Positions 30,419 through 38,716 are shown, counted from the stretch's first letter. The stretch: DNA of 64,000 nucleotides from Candidatus Falkowbacteria bacterium (GCA_016432645.1 CP066698.1:837062-901061), one strand, 5' to 3'. Program-made: numbers and translations. The notes: a model not told the origin generated them from the sequence alone.

Positions 30419-30991
30419 ATGTATTTATTTTTTGATACCGAAACTACCGGGTTGCCTAAAAATTATCAAGCCCCGCTTGATGATTTTTCTAATTGGCCGC
30501 GCATTGTCCAAATTGCTTGGAGCTTATACGACTTTCATGGTAATCATTGGGGTAGTCAGAGTTTAATTATTAAACCAGACGGGTTTGTGATTTCCGAAGA
30601 GGTAGCTAAAATTCATCGAGTTACCCAAGAGCGCGCTGAAAAAGAAGGCGTCCCTTTAAAAGAAGCCCTAGAGAAGTTTTCTGAAGACGTAAAACGTTCT
30701 ACCTATTTGGTCGCTCACAATATTGATTTTGATGAAAAAATCGTGGGGGCGGAATTTTTGCGTTTGAAGATGGAAAACCATGTCGCGCCGGCTAATAAGA
30801 TTTGTACGATGAAGAGAACCGCAGATGTTTGTCGTTTTCCTAACGGCCGCGGCGGCTACAAGTGGCCCAATCTAACTCAGCTTTATACTTTTTTATTTAA
30901 CACCGGCTTTCCGGAGGCGCACGATGCTTTAGTTGATGTTAAAGCTTGCGCAGATTGCTTTTTTGAGCTAAAAAGAAGAAGTCTGATTTAG
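30419..30991 (+). CDS. DEDDh 3'-5' exonuclease (DnaQ/epsilon-like)
   Basis: FFDTETTG, VAHNIDFD, AHDALVD. Confidence 0.9.
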   Translation: MYLFFDTETTGLPKNYQAPLDDFSNWPRIVQIAWSLYDFHGNHWGSQSLIIKPDGFVISEEVAKIHRVTQERAEKEGVPLKEALEKFSEDVKRSTYLVAHNIDFDEKIVGAEFLRLKMENHVAPANKICTMKRTADVCRFPNGRGGYKWPNLTQLYTFLFNTGFPEAHDALVDVKACADCFFELKRRSLI

Positions 30992-31007
30992 AAATAATCT
31001 AGGCTAT

Positions 31008-32606
31008 ATGGATAAAGATGACTACTATTTACGAGTGGGCAAGGCCACTGATTTACAGGGGCGCGACTATAAAATTTATCGAATATTAGAGATTTTACCT
31101 GGGTTTTTATCAATTGCCACCTTGGTGATTTTGGTAATTTTTTCTTATTTTAAGCCAGTTTTTGTGGCTTATTTTATTATTGCTTTTGACGTTTATTGGC
31201 TGCTTTTGGTCATTTATATGGCCATTTTTTTAATCACTTCCTATCGTAATTTAAAAAAAGGCCTAAAAACAGATTGGCAGAAAAAGTGCGCTAATTTAGC
31301 CGCCGGACTTTACGAGCCGGGCGAAGCGCCCGAAGGCTCCTTAGCGCGCTCCGGCCTTAAATGGGATGATGTTTGGCACTTAATAGTTTTACCTACTTAT
31401 AATGAAGATTTAGAAATAATTCGTTCCTGTCTGTTGGCTATAAAAAATGACGGCTTTCCAACCGATAAGATAATTATTGCACTCGCTTTTGAAGAACGAG
31501 CCGGCGTGAGCGCCCATGAAAAGGCCGCCGCAATTGAACAAGAATTTAAAAATCAATTCGGGCGCTTGGAAATCGTTTTTCATCCGGATGGAATTGGAGG
31601 CGAGCTCAAAGGCAAGGGGTCCAATCAAGCCTGGTGCGTTAAGCAGATAAAAACCACCTTAATTGATAAAGAAGGTTTTGATTATAATAAAATATTAGTC
31701 AGCGTGTTTGATATTGATACTATTGTGCGCCCAGGATATTTTTTTGCTTTGACTTATAAGTTTTTAAGCGTGGCCGATCCTTATCATGCTAGTTACCAGC
31801 CGATTCCGGTATATCATAACAATGTTTGGAGCGCGCCGTTTTTTTCACGCGTGGCCGCTTCTTCCAATACCTTCTGGCAGATGATTATGCAAGTTCGCCA
31901 AGAGAGCCTGGTAACTTATTCTTCCCATTCCATGACTTTCAAGGCGCTCAATGAAATCGGTTTTTGGGGTCCGAAAAATGTGAGCGAAGATTCTCGGATT
32001 TTTTGGCATTGTTTAATGTTTTACAATGGCCATTATCGAGTCGAGCCGATTTATTTTGATGTCTCAATGGATGTGACTTGCGATCAAAATTTCAAGCTTA
32101 CGGCCCGCAGTCTTTATAAACAACAGCGACGCTGGGCTTGGGGAGGGGAAAATATTCCTTATTTGATTTTTAATGCCAGCAAGCGCTGGAAAAATAAAGA
32201 TTTAGATAAAGGCATGATTATCGGTCATATTTTAATTCAGATTTATGGTTTTCATGCTTGGGCGACCAATGCCTTGATTATTGCGGTTGTTGGTTGGATG
32301 CCGATGCTGCTGGGTGGCGATCGTTTTAATTCCACCGTTCTCTCAAGCAATTTGCCGGCCATTACTCAGAATCTGATGAATATTGCGATGGTTGGCTTGA
32401 TTTTGTCAGCCGTAGTTTCATCTTTATTATTACCAAAACGTCCGGAAAAATATTCAGTTTGGAAGAATATTAGAATGATTTTAGAATGGTTGCTGGTTCC
32501 GATTGTGATTGTTATTTTCGGTTCAATTCCATGTTTGGAGGCGCAGATTAGATTGATGTTTGGCCGTTATATGGGATTTTGGGTAACGCCGAAATCAAGA
32601 AATTAA
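31008..32606 (+). CDS. Membrane GT2-family processive glycosyltransferase
   Basis: LPTYNE, KGKG.N, FDID, SEDS, QQRRW motifs with flanking TMs. Confidence 0.88.
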   Translation: MDKDDYYLRVGKATDLQGRDYKIYRILEILPGFLSIATLVILVIFSYFKPVFVAYFIIAFDVYWLLLVIYMAIFLITSYRNLKKGLKTDWQKKCANLAAGLYEPGEAPEGSLARSGLKWDDVWHLIVLPTYNEDLEIIRSCLLAIKNDGFPTDKIIIALAFEERAGVSAHEKAAAIEQEFKNQFGRLEIVFHPDGIGGELKGKGSNQAWCVKQIKTTLIDKEGFDYNKILVSVFDIDTIVRPGYFFALTYKFLSVADPYHASYQPIPVYHNNVWSAPFFSRVAASSNTFWQMIMQVRQESLVTYSSHSMTFKALNEIGFWGPKNVSEDSRIFWHCLMFYNGHYRVEPIYFDVSMDVTCDQNFKLTARSLYKQQRRWAWGGENIPYLIFNASKRWKNKDLDKGMIIGHILIQIYGFHAWATNALIIAVVGWMPMLLGGDRFNSTVLSSNLPAITQNLMNIAMVGLILSAVVSSLLLPKRPEKYSVWKNIRMILEWLLVPIVIVIFGSIPCLEAQIRLMFGRYMGFWVTPKSRN

Positions 32607-32610
32607 TTCT

Positions 32611-32639
32611 TTGGCAACACTTCGCGGCTATGTTATAAT
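32611..32639 (+). promoter_or_regulatory. Promoter directly abutting the ftsB start (likely leaderless)
   Basis: TTGGCA-17-(TGt)TATAAT; ATG begins 8 nt downstream at 32647. Confidence 0.55.
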
Positions 32640-32646
32640 AAAATAC

Positions 32647-33081
32647 ATGGCTCTCGATAAAATAAAGCCGCGCGGCTTCCATGCCGACCAAGCGGATCAT
32701 CATAACAATATTTTTTATCGCTTATTTTCTAATCAGCGTTTTTTGGCGATTGTCGGCCTGGTTTTATTGTTATTAATTATTTTGCCGCTAGCGCGGACTT
32801 ATAGCCAAAAACGGGTGATTGAGAATGAAATTAGCGGTGTGCAGCAGGAAATTGCTCAATTTGAAAAAGATAATCAAGAGCTGAAAGAAATGTTAAGCTA
32901 TTTGCAATCAGACCAATCGCTGGAGGCGCAAGCCAGAATGAACCTCAATTTAAAAAAACCGGGTGAAACGGTCGTGGTGATTGAGAATCAAGAAGAAGTA
33001 AAAAATTCGGACGATGTCCAAAATAATCAAGAAGAAATCAGCAATCTTAAAAAATGGTTTAATTATTTTTTCAGCAGCTGA
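32647..33081 (+). CDS. Septum formation initiator FtsB/DivIC family
   Basis: TM plus coiled coil, then LEAQARMNLNLKKPGETVVVI. Confidence 0.85.
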   Translation: MALDKIKPRGFHADQADHHNNIFYRLFSNQRFLAIVGLVLLLLIILPLARTYSQKRVIENEISGVQQEIAQFEKDNQELKEMLSYLQSDQSLEAQARMNLNLKKPGETVVVIENQEEVKNSDDVQNNQEEISNLKKWFNYFFSS

Positions 33082-33102
33082 TTGTTGTTTGTAGTTTTAA
33101 AT

Positions 33103-33178
33103 TGGAGCCGAGAATGGGGATCGAACCCACGACCTACGGTTTACGATACCGCCGCTCTACCAGCTGAGCTATCTCGGC
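33103..33178 (-). tRNA. tRNA-Thr(CGT)
   Basis: Reverse complement GCCGAGATAGCTCAGCTGGTAGAGCGGCGGTATCGTAAACCGTAGGTCGTGGGTTCGATCCCCATTCTCGGCTCCA: full cloverleaf with encoded CCA. Confidence 0.95.
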
Positions 33179-33188
33179 GAACTAAGGG

Positions 33189-33260
33189 AGCGGGTGAGCG
33201 GAATCGAACCGCCTTCTTCAGCTTGGGAAGCTGACATAATAACCGTTATACGACACCCGC
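33189..33260 (-). tRNA. tRNA-Gly(CCC)
   Basis: Reverse complement GCGGGTGTCGTATAACGGTTATTATGTCAGCTTCCCAAGCTGAAGAAGGCGGTTCGATTCCGCTCACCCGCT; anticodon arm TCAGC-TTCCCAA-GCTGA. Confidence 0.95.
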
Positions 33261-33342
33261 GTTCGTCTTAACGCCGAAAAACGGCGCAAATACATTATAA
33301 ACTTAAACAACATTTTTAGTCAATTAAACTTTTGTCAGTCTT

Positions 33343-34836
33343 ATGCTTAAAAAAAGTAAATTTATTGTCGTTATCGCTCTCCTCGCTGTTAGTTTTCCTT
33401 TGTCGCCGCTGGCGGCCGCTAGCGGTATTAATTTTGAGCGTCACCCGCTCGCTTTTACCGTTGAACCAACTTTAAATATTTCTGAAAATTCAGAAAAATT
33501 CCGCATTCCTTGGGAGTGGGAAGCGCTCACGCCCTCCTATCAATATTCATTTGTCGGCTCCGGCCTCTATGATCCTAGCCGGCCGATGACTGTTAAAATA
33601 AATTATCCTCAAAAAAATAATCAGTTAAAACAGATTTTTTCTTATGATTTCTTATCAGGCGTTTGGCGTCCGGTTCCGACTAAAGATTATCCGGCTGAAC
33701 AATACGCGACCATGACGACCGACGCGACTTCCGGCTGGCTGATTGTTTTAGCCAAGCCTGAAGTGATGACGGTCGGGAAAGCCAGCTGGTACAAATATAA
33801 AGAAGGTTTGTTTGCCGCTTCGCCTGACTTTATTAAAGGCACTAAATTGCGCGTGTACAATACGGATAATAATAAATTTGTTGATGTTACTATTAATGAC
33901 TATGGTCCGGATAGAGCTAAACATCCCGATCGAGTTATCGATTTAGACCGGGTGGCCTTTGAAAAAATAGCCTCTTTAAATGCCGGGATAATAAATGTTC
34001 GAATTGAAGTTTTGAAAAATGAAGCTGCCGCTAAGCCGGTTGCTCAGCAATTAACTGATGTTCCTAATATTACCGCCTCCTCTTCAATAATTATGATGGA
34101 AGACAGCGGCGAAGTGATTTGGGGAAAGAATCAAAATGATAAGGCGCCGCTTGCCAGCCTGACAAAGCTAGTCGCCATCACTACTTTTTTAAATACTAAG
34201 CCAACCTTGTCATCGGTGGTAACTTATAAGAAGCAGGATGAAAATTATAATTATGAATATTGCAAGCCTTGGGAGTCGGCACGCCTGCGAGTTGATGAAG
34301 GGGAAACGATGACAGTTGAAGATTTGATTTATAGCGCGCTTGTCGGTTCAGCTAATAATGCCGTAGAGTCTTTGGTGCGTGTGAGCGGATTGAAGCGTGA
34401 AGACTTTATTGCCAATATGAATAAGCTGGCTCAAGATTGGGGCGCAACGAACACCAAATTTGTAGAACCCACCGGTTTGTCGCCTGACAATGTGAGTTCT
34501 CCGTCCGATTATGCTATAATGGTAAAAGAGATATTTAAAAATCCGTTGATTCAAAAAATAAGCACTGCCAAGACTTATTCTTTTACGACCATCAATACCA
34601 AAGAGCTGCATAAGCTCACCAATACCGACCAGCTATTAAAAAATTCCGCTTATAATATTTTAGGTTCTAAAACTGGTTATCTTGATGAAGCCGGATATTG
34701 TTTAATGACCCGAGTCAAAACCGCTGCCGGAAATATGATTGTCGTCAATTTTGGCTCTAAGAGTAAAGCGGATAATTTTTCCGATAATGAACAGCTTATT
34801 CGCTATGGCTTAAAAGCCGTCAACGCTCAAAAATAA
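33343..34836 (+). CDS. Secreted fusion of an RlpA-like double-psi beta-barrel and a peptidase S11 D-Ala-D-Ala carboxy/endopeptidase
   Basis: Signal peptide; GKASWY...V.INDYGP...RVIDL; ASLTK (SxxK), SANN (SxN), KTG. Confidence 0.88.
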   Translation: MLKKSKFIVVIALLAVSFPLSPLAAASGINFERHPLAFTVEPTLNISENSEKFRIPWEWEALTPSYQYSFVGSGLYDPSRPMTVKINYPQKNNQLKQIFSYDFLSGVWRPVPTKDYPAEQYATMTTDATSGWLIVLAKPEVMTVGKASWYKYKEGLFAASPDFIKGTKLRVYNTDNNKFVDVTINDYGPDRAKHPDRVIDLDRVAFEKIASLNAGIINVRIEVLKNEAAAKPVAQQLTDVPNITASSSIIMMEDSGEVIWGKNQNDKAPLASLTKLVAITTFLNTKPTLSSVVTYKKQDENYNYEYCKPWESARLRVDEGETMTVEDLIYSALVGSANNAVESLVRVSGLKREDFIANMNKLAQDWGATNTKFVEPTGLSPDNVSSPSDYAIMVKEIFKNPLIQKISTAKTYSFTTINTKELHKLTNTDQLLKNSAYNILGSKTGYLDEAGYCLMTRVKTAAGNMIVVNFGSKSKADNFSDNEQLIRYGLKAVNAQK

Positions 34837-34841
34837 TCTTT

Positions 34842-35522
34842 ATGATTACTATTAAAAATGCCTCTAAGGCCTATGGTAAGCAAGCCAAGGTTTTAGATGA
34901 TATTAATTTAAGCATTAATCCCGGCGAGTTTGTGTCGATTGTCGGGCAATCAGGCGCTGGTAAAACGACTCTAGTTAAGATTTTAATTGGCGAAGAGCGG
35001 GTTGATAGTGGCCAAGTGGTTGCCGGCGATTGGGATATTACTAAAATTTCGCGCCGCGAGATTCCTTTTTTGCGCCGCCAGATTGGTGTTATTTTTCAAG
35101 ATTTTAAATTATTGCCAAAAAAAACCTTGGCAGAAAATGTCGCCTTTGCTTTAGAAGTTTCCGGCGGTACTCCGGCCAAGATAAATAAAATTGTACCGAG
35201 CGTCATGAAGATTGTCGGCTTGGAAGATAAAAAAGGGCGTTATCCCAATGAAGTCTCGGGCGGCGAAAAACAACGGGCGGCTATTGCGCGCGCCTTGGTT
35301 CATCAGCCCAAAATTTTATTAGCCGATGAGCCGACCGGTAATTTGGACGCGATTAACGCTAATGAAATTATTGATTTGCTTTTAAGAATAAATAAATTCG
35401 GAACCACCGTTATTTTAGTAACGCATAATAAAGAAATTGTTAACTACCTTAACCGCCGGGTGGTTACGATGGAACACGGACGGATAATTAGCGACCAAGA
35501 AAAGGGTAAATATTTATTATAA
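34842..35522 (+). CDS. ftsE: Cell division ATP-binding protein FtsE
   Basis: GQSGAGKT, LRRQIGVIFQDFKLL, SGGEKQR, ADEPTGNLD. Confidence 0.95.
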   Translation: MITIKNASKAYGKQAKVLDDINLSINPGEFVSIVGQSGAGKTTLVKILIGEERVDSGQVVAGDWDITKISRREIPFLRRQIGVIFQDFKLLPKKTLAENVAFALEVSGGTPAKINKIVPSVMKIVGLEDKKGRYPNEVSGGEKQRAAIARALVHQPKILLADEPTGNLDAINANEIIDLLLRINKFGTTVILVTHNKEIVNYLNRRVVTMEHGRIISDQEKGKYLL

Positions 35523-35537
35523 TAAGCTTCAACTAAG

Positions 35538-36446
35538 ATGTTATCTTTATTTCGCATTATAAAATTTAGTTTTCAGGATATCGCCCGCAACGTTTGGCTC
35601 TCTATCGCTACCATTACCATTTTATTGCTCGCGCTTTTTTCTATTAATACTTTAATGACCGTGCGGGTCATTAGCGATAGCGCTTCGCAAGCAGTTCAAG
35701 AAAAGATTGATATTAGTCTATACATCAAGCCAGAAACCCCGGAAGCGGATATTATGTCTCTGAAAAGTAAAATAGAGTCATCCCCCCGTGTTAAAAATAT
35801 TGTTTATATTTCTAAAGAAAGCGCGCTTGCCAATTTTCGCGATAAATATAAAAATAACCAAGAAGTTTTAGCGGCTTTGAAGGAATTGGGGCGCAACCCG
35901 TTATCGCCCAGCCTAACAATTGTTCCTAGTAATTTTGCCGAGTCAAACCTGTTAATTAATGAGTTAAAAATGCTGGATAGCCAGATTATTGAATCTCGAG
36001 ATTTTGCTGATAATGCTATTATCTTAAATAAGATTAACAGCATCACCGACCGAGTGAATGAAGTAGGCTTATTTATTATTGCTATTTTTATTCTGACAAG
36101 TTTGCTAGTGGTTTATAATACGGTTAGGGTAGCGATTTATACTCATCGCCAAGAAATTGAAATTATGCGCCTGGTGGGAGCTTCCTACTCTTTTATTTAT
36201 CTCCCCTACGTTGTTTCCGCTTTTGTTTATACGCTCCTGAGCATCATGATAATAATCGCTATTTTTTATCCGTTTTTAACATTATTACAGCCGTATCTGG
36301 AAGTATTTTTCATGGGCTACAATGTCAATATCTTGTCATATTTCATCAATAATTTTTGGCAGGTTTTTGGCCTACAATTTTTAGTAATTTTAGCCATTAA
36401 TATTTTTGCCAGCCTGTTTGCCGTTCGGCGTTATGCTAAAGTTTAA
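35538..36446 (+). CDS. ftsX: Cell division permease FtsX
   Basis: YISKESAL, NPL, NTVRVAIYTHRQEIEIMRLVGA; follows ftsE. Confidence 0.93.
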   Translation: MLSLFRIIKFSFQDIARNVWLSIATITILLLALFSINTLMTVRVISDSASQAVQEKIDISLYIKPETPEADIMSLKSKIESSPRVKNIVYISKESALANFRDKYKNNQEVLAALKELGRNPLSPSLTIVPSNFAESNLLINELKMLDSQIIESRDFADNAIILNKINSITDRVNEVGLFIIAIFILTSLLVVYNTVRVAIYTHRQEIEIMRLVGASYSFIYLPYVVSAFVYTLLSIMIIIAIFYPFLTLLQPYLEVFFMGYNVNILSYFINNFWQVFGLQFLVILAINIFASLFAVRRYAKV

Positions 36447-36543
36447 GGGTTAATTAGTTTAAAGTTAGAGATATTTGACTTTTTGTTTAATTATTAATAT
36501 CCTTATCAAGAGGATATTTTGATTTACAATTTATATTCCAAAT

Positions 36544-36614
36544 TCGGGGATCGTCTAATGGTAGGACTCCAGGTTTTGGTCCTGGCTATCGAGGTTCGAA
36601 TCCTTGTCCCCGAG
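36544..36614 (+). tRNA. tRNA-Gln(TTG)
   Basis: TCGGGGA acceptor stem pairs with TCCCCGA; anticodon arm CCAGG-TTTTGGT-CCTGG; GGTTCGAATCC T-arm; CCA not encoded. Confidence 0.95.
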
Positions 36615-36656
36615 CAATACAAAAAAGAACAGATTAATCTGTTCTTTTTTGTATTG
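36615..36656. terminator. Perfect 42-bp palindrome directly after tRNA-Gln (terminator/cruciform)
   Basis: CAATACAAAAAAGAACAGATT|AATCTGTTCTTTTTTGTATTG. Confidence 0.8.
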
Positions 36657-36670
36657 TTTGCGAAGCAAAG

Positions 36671-36836
36671 AGGGATTTGAACAGGTTGGAAGCGAGACGC
36701 GAGTTGAGGCGGAAGCCGAGACGAGCGGACGAGCGTCGAACGAAGCTCCGGGGGAGCTTCGGGTGCCAACCCAGGACAAGTGAGCCTCGCCCATTCCGGG
36801 GCGAGGCGAGGGCGATAAATCCCTGTCCCCGAGCAA
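36671..36836. mobile_element. GC-rich non-coding multi-hairpin element ending in a direct copy of the tRNA-Gln 3' end (attR-like, or MITE/REP-like)
   Basis: Bounded by AGGGATTT/AAATCCCT. Internal stems GGTTGG/CCAACC, GACGC/GCGTC, CGAAGCTCC/GGAGCTTCG, GCCTCGCCC/GGGCGAGGC. 36818-36836 matches tRNA 36599-36617 at 18/19. Confidence 0.6.
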
Positions 36837-36879
36837 ATAGACAAGAATACCACTTTCGTGGTATTTTTGTTATATAAAT
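36818..36879 (+). repeat. tRNA-3'-end repeat, type A copy 1
   Basis: AATCCCTGTCCCCGAGCAAATAGACAAGAATACCACTTTCGTGGTATTTTTGTTATATAAAT. Confidence 0.85.
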
Positions 36880-36894
36880 ATAAAGTTTAATTTT

Positions 36895-37176
36895 ATGAAG
36901 AAAAATGTTAAACATATTATAATTTTGGTTTTTTCTGGAATATTTTTATTAATTTCTCTATTTTCTTTAGCTATATCCATCTATCTTTTTACTGATTGTG
37001 GTGGGCATGGCTGTGGTTTGGCAACAATTTTTTCATATTTTACCACCCCCATTTTTATTTTATCTTTAATTCTGAGCTTTCTTACTTTTAATTCAAATAA
37101 ACGTTGGGCGTTAATGTCTTTAATGTTTGGTTTAGTTTTAATAGCCATAGTTATAATTAAACAGTTTTTTTTATAA
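36895..37176 (+). CDS. Small 3-TM hypothetical protein (CGGHGCG loop); cassette 1
   Basis: Very AT-rich ORF that fills the space between repeats A1 and B1. Confidence 0.7.
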   Translation: MKKNVKHIIILVFSGIFLLISLFSLAISIYLFTDCGGHGCGLATIFSYFTTPIFILSLILSFLTFNSNKRWALMSLMFGLVLIAIVIIKQFFL

Positions 37177-37178
37177 TA

Positions 37179-37247
37179 AAACCGTTCCAACTATATCCCA
37201 GTCTCCGAGCAAATACTTAAAATAGGCTTCTAAAGCCTATTTTTGTT
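37179..37247 (+). repeat. tRNA-3'-end repeat, type B copy 1
   Basis: AAACCGTTCCAACTATATCCCAGTCTCCGAGCAAATA (19/21 to A1 over ATCCC..CAAATA), then the hairpin AAAATAGGCT..AGCCTATTTTT. Confidence 0.8.
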
Positions 37248-37311
37248 TTAAAATTAGTTAAAATTTACGACGGGTGTCGTGTCGCTAACTTAAATGTGAT
37301 CCCATTTACTA

Positions 37312-37340
37312 TTGACTTATTTTGATAATTATGTTAATAT
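37312..37340 (+). promoter_or_regulatory. Putative promoter of cassette 2
   Basis: TTGACT-17-(TGt)TAATAT. Confidence 0.5.
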
Positions 37341-37342
37341 AT

Positions 37343-37468
37343 GGGCATAAGGTTTTTCTACTTCCTTAATTAGTAGATATGGGGTGAATGGATAAACTCC
37401 CTGAATGCCATACGGAAACCGAAAGGTAGCTGAAAAGCAAAATAATCTCGGCATCGCACGTTGCGGTA
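37343..37468 (+). ncRNA. Candidate structured 5' leader or ncRNA (family not recognised)
   Basis: GC-richer tract with stems TCTACT/AGTAGA, GGGGT/ACTCC, ACC-GAAA-GGT, GGCAT/ATGCC, ATCGCA/TGCGGT. Confidence 0.3.
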
Positions 37469-37482
37469 AAATTCTTTAAAAA

Positions 37483-37956
37483 ATGAACAAGTTCTCAAAT
37501 CCTACAAGAGTAGCTGAAGCTGCTTTGGCAATTATTTTTGCGCCAAAAACTAATCCAGACAAAAAATCAGACTGGAAATGGAGGCATGAATTAATAATCC
37601 ACAAAGCGGAAGCAAATTTAATGGAGTATTATGACTCCCAAACAGTTGTTAGCTATGAATTATATGGAATATCAGTAGGGGTAAAAAAACTCGAACCAAA
37701 AAGGTTCAAAGCTTATTCTGGAGTAATTGAATTAATTCAGGAGAATATTTTTGGTGAAAGGAGCGAGTTTCCTATTAATGAAGAGAAAATTAATCAAGAA
37801 AATAAAAACAAAATTGAAAAATTTTCTCACTTAATTAAAGTAGTGGAATTCGCCTCCAACGAATCAAGCCCCTTTTTCCGTGACTCAAGAAGAGTTGAAA
37901 CATTTCGCCTGAGTCCTGCTCAAAGGGAAAAGATTGTGTTTTGGGAAAAATGGTAA
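37483..37956 (+). CDS. Hypothetical protein; cassette 2
   Basis: 157-aa ORF with its own promoter and terminator; no recognisable motif. Confidence 0.7.
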   Translation: MNKFSNPTRVAEAALAIIFAPKTNPDKKSDWKWRHELIIHKAEANLMEYYDSQTVVSYELYGISVGVKKLEPKRFKAYSGVIELIQENIFGERSEFPINEEKINQENKNKIEKFSHLIKVVEFASNESSPFFRDSRRVETFRLSPAQREKIVFWEKW

Positions 37957-37959
37957 TCA

Positions 37960-38010
37960 AAAGCTCGTTAAAGAAAGCTACACAGCATACTTTAGCGAGC
38001 TTTCTTTTTT
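37960..38010 (+). terminator. Intrinsic terminator of cassette 2
   Basis: AAAGCTCGTTAAAG...CTTTAGCGAGCTTTCTTTTTT. Confidence 0.75.
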
Positions 38011-38045
38011 ATAGCTTAAATCTTAACCGCACTGGTTCAAACGTC

Positions 38046-38106
38046 ATCTATGTTTCCAAGCAAATAGACAAAATACCGCTTTCCGTGGTAATTTTGTTAT
38101 ATAAAT
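38046..38106 (+). repeat. tRNA-3'-end repeat, type A copy 2
   Basis: ATCTATGTTTCCAAGCAAATAGACA (20/25 to A1), then AAATACCGCTTTCCGTGGTAATTTTGTTATATAAAT. Confidence 0.8.
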
Positions 38107-38118
38107 AATTTTAAAAAT

Positions 38119-38565
38119 ATGTCTATTGAAGAAAGGTTCAGGCCTTATGCCGCCGCTTATTTAGTTCTAATTAAAAACGATGAAGTTTTACTATTAAAAC
38201 GTTATAACACCGGGTATCAGGATGGTAACTATAGTTTAGTATCAGGGCATTTTGATGGCGGGGAAACGGCCGGACAGTGTATAGCGAGAGAGGCGCGGGA
38301 AGAAGCAAATATAATAATAACCCCTGAAGATTCAGAGGTGGTTCATGTGCTTCACAGATTTAGACCAGACCGCGAATATTTTGACGTTTATTTAAAAGTA
38401 AAGAAGTGGGCCGGAGAAATTACAAACCTGGAACCAAATAAATGCAGTGAATTAAAATGGTTTAAATTAAATGCCCTTCCTGAAAATATGGCTCCTGAAG
38501 TGAAACAGGCTCTGAATAAAATTAATGGTAATATATTTTTTAGTGAACTTGGTTGGGATGATTGA
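38119..38565 (+). CDS. NUDIX hydrolase; cassette 3
   Basis: LLKRYNTGYQDG.YSLVSGHFDGGETAGQCIAREAREE; NLEPNKCSELKWF. Confidence 0.9.
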   Translation: MSIEERFRPYAAAYLVLIKNDEVLLLKRYNTGYQDGNYSLVSGHFDGGETAGQCIAREAREEANIIITPEDSEVVHVLHRFRPDREYFDVYLKVKKWAGEITNLEPNKCSELKWFKLNALPENMAPEVKQALNKINGNIFFSELGWDD

Positions 38566-38580
38566 TTGTCCGTCATATTT

Positions 38581-38650
38581 AAACCTTTTCAGCCATATCC
38601 CTGTCTTCAATTAACGCAAAAAATAGGCTAATTTAGGCCTATTTTTTGTT
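38581..38650 (+). repeat. tRNA-3'-end repeat, type B copy 2
   Basis: AAACCTTTTCAGCCATATCCCTGTCTTC, then AAAATAGGCT..GGCCTATTTTTTGTT; aligns with B1. Confidence 0.75.
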
Positions 38651-38656
38651 ATATTA

Positions 38657-38685
38657 TTGACAAAATTATAATATTATGATATAAT
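38657..38685 (+). promoter_or_regulatory. Consensus sigma70 promoter of cassette 4
   Basis: TTGACA-17-(TGa)TATAAT. Confidence 0.8.
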
Positions 38686-38716
38686 TTATTTATTAAAATG
38701 AACCTTCAAAAAATAT

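Noticed and set aside
36524..36915. Four overlapping ORFs (36524..36853 -, 36555..36836 -, 36634..36915 -, 36677..36877 +)
   Set aside because: They overlap tRNA-Gln and the GC-rich hairpin element. Their openness is explained by high GC, and they have no protein-like features.
37267..37280. ACGAC-GGGT-GTCGT mini-palindrome sharing CGGGTGTCGT with the tRNA-Gly 5' end
   Set aside because: A 10-bp match is compatible with chance, and there is no further tRNA structure.
37343..37410. HDV-like/theta ribozyme, hammerhead, TPP or tmRNA fit for the leader
   Set aside because: A TCC loop, GG and CTGA are suggestive, but I could not build the required P1/P2 nesting or find the conserved cores. Kept only as an unclassified candidate.
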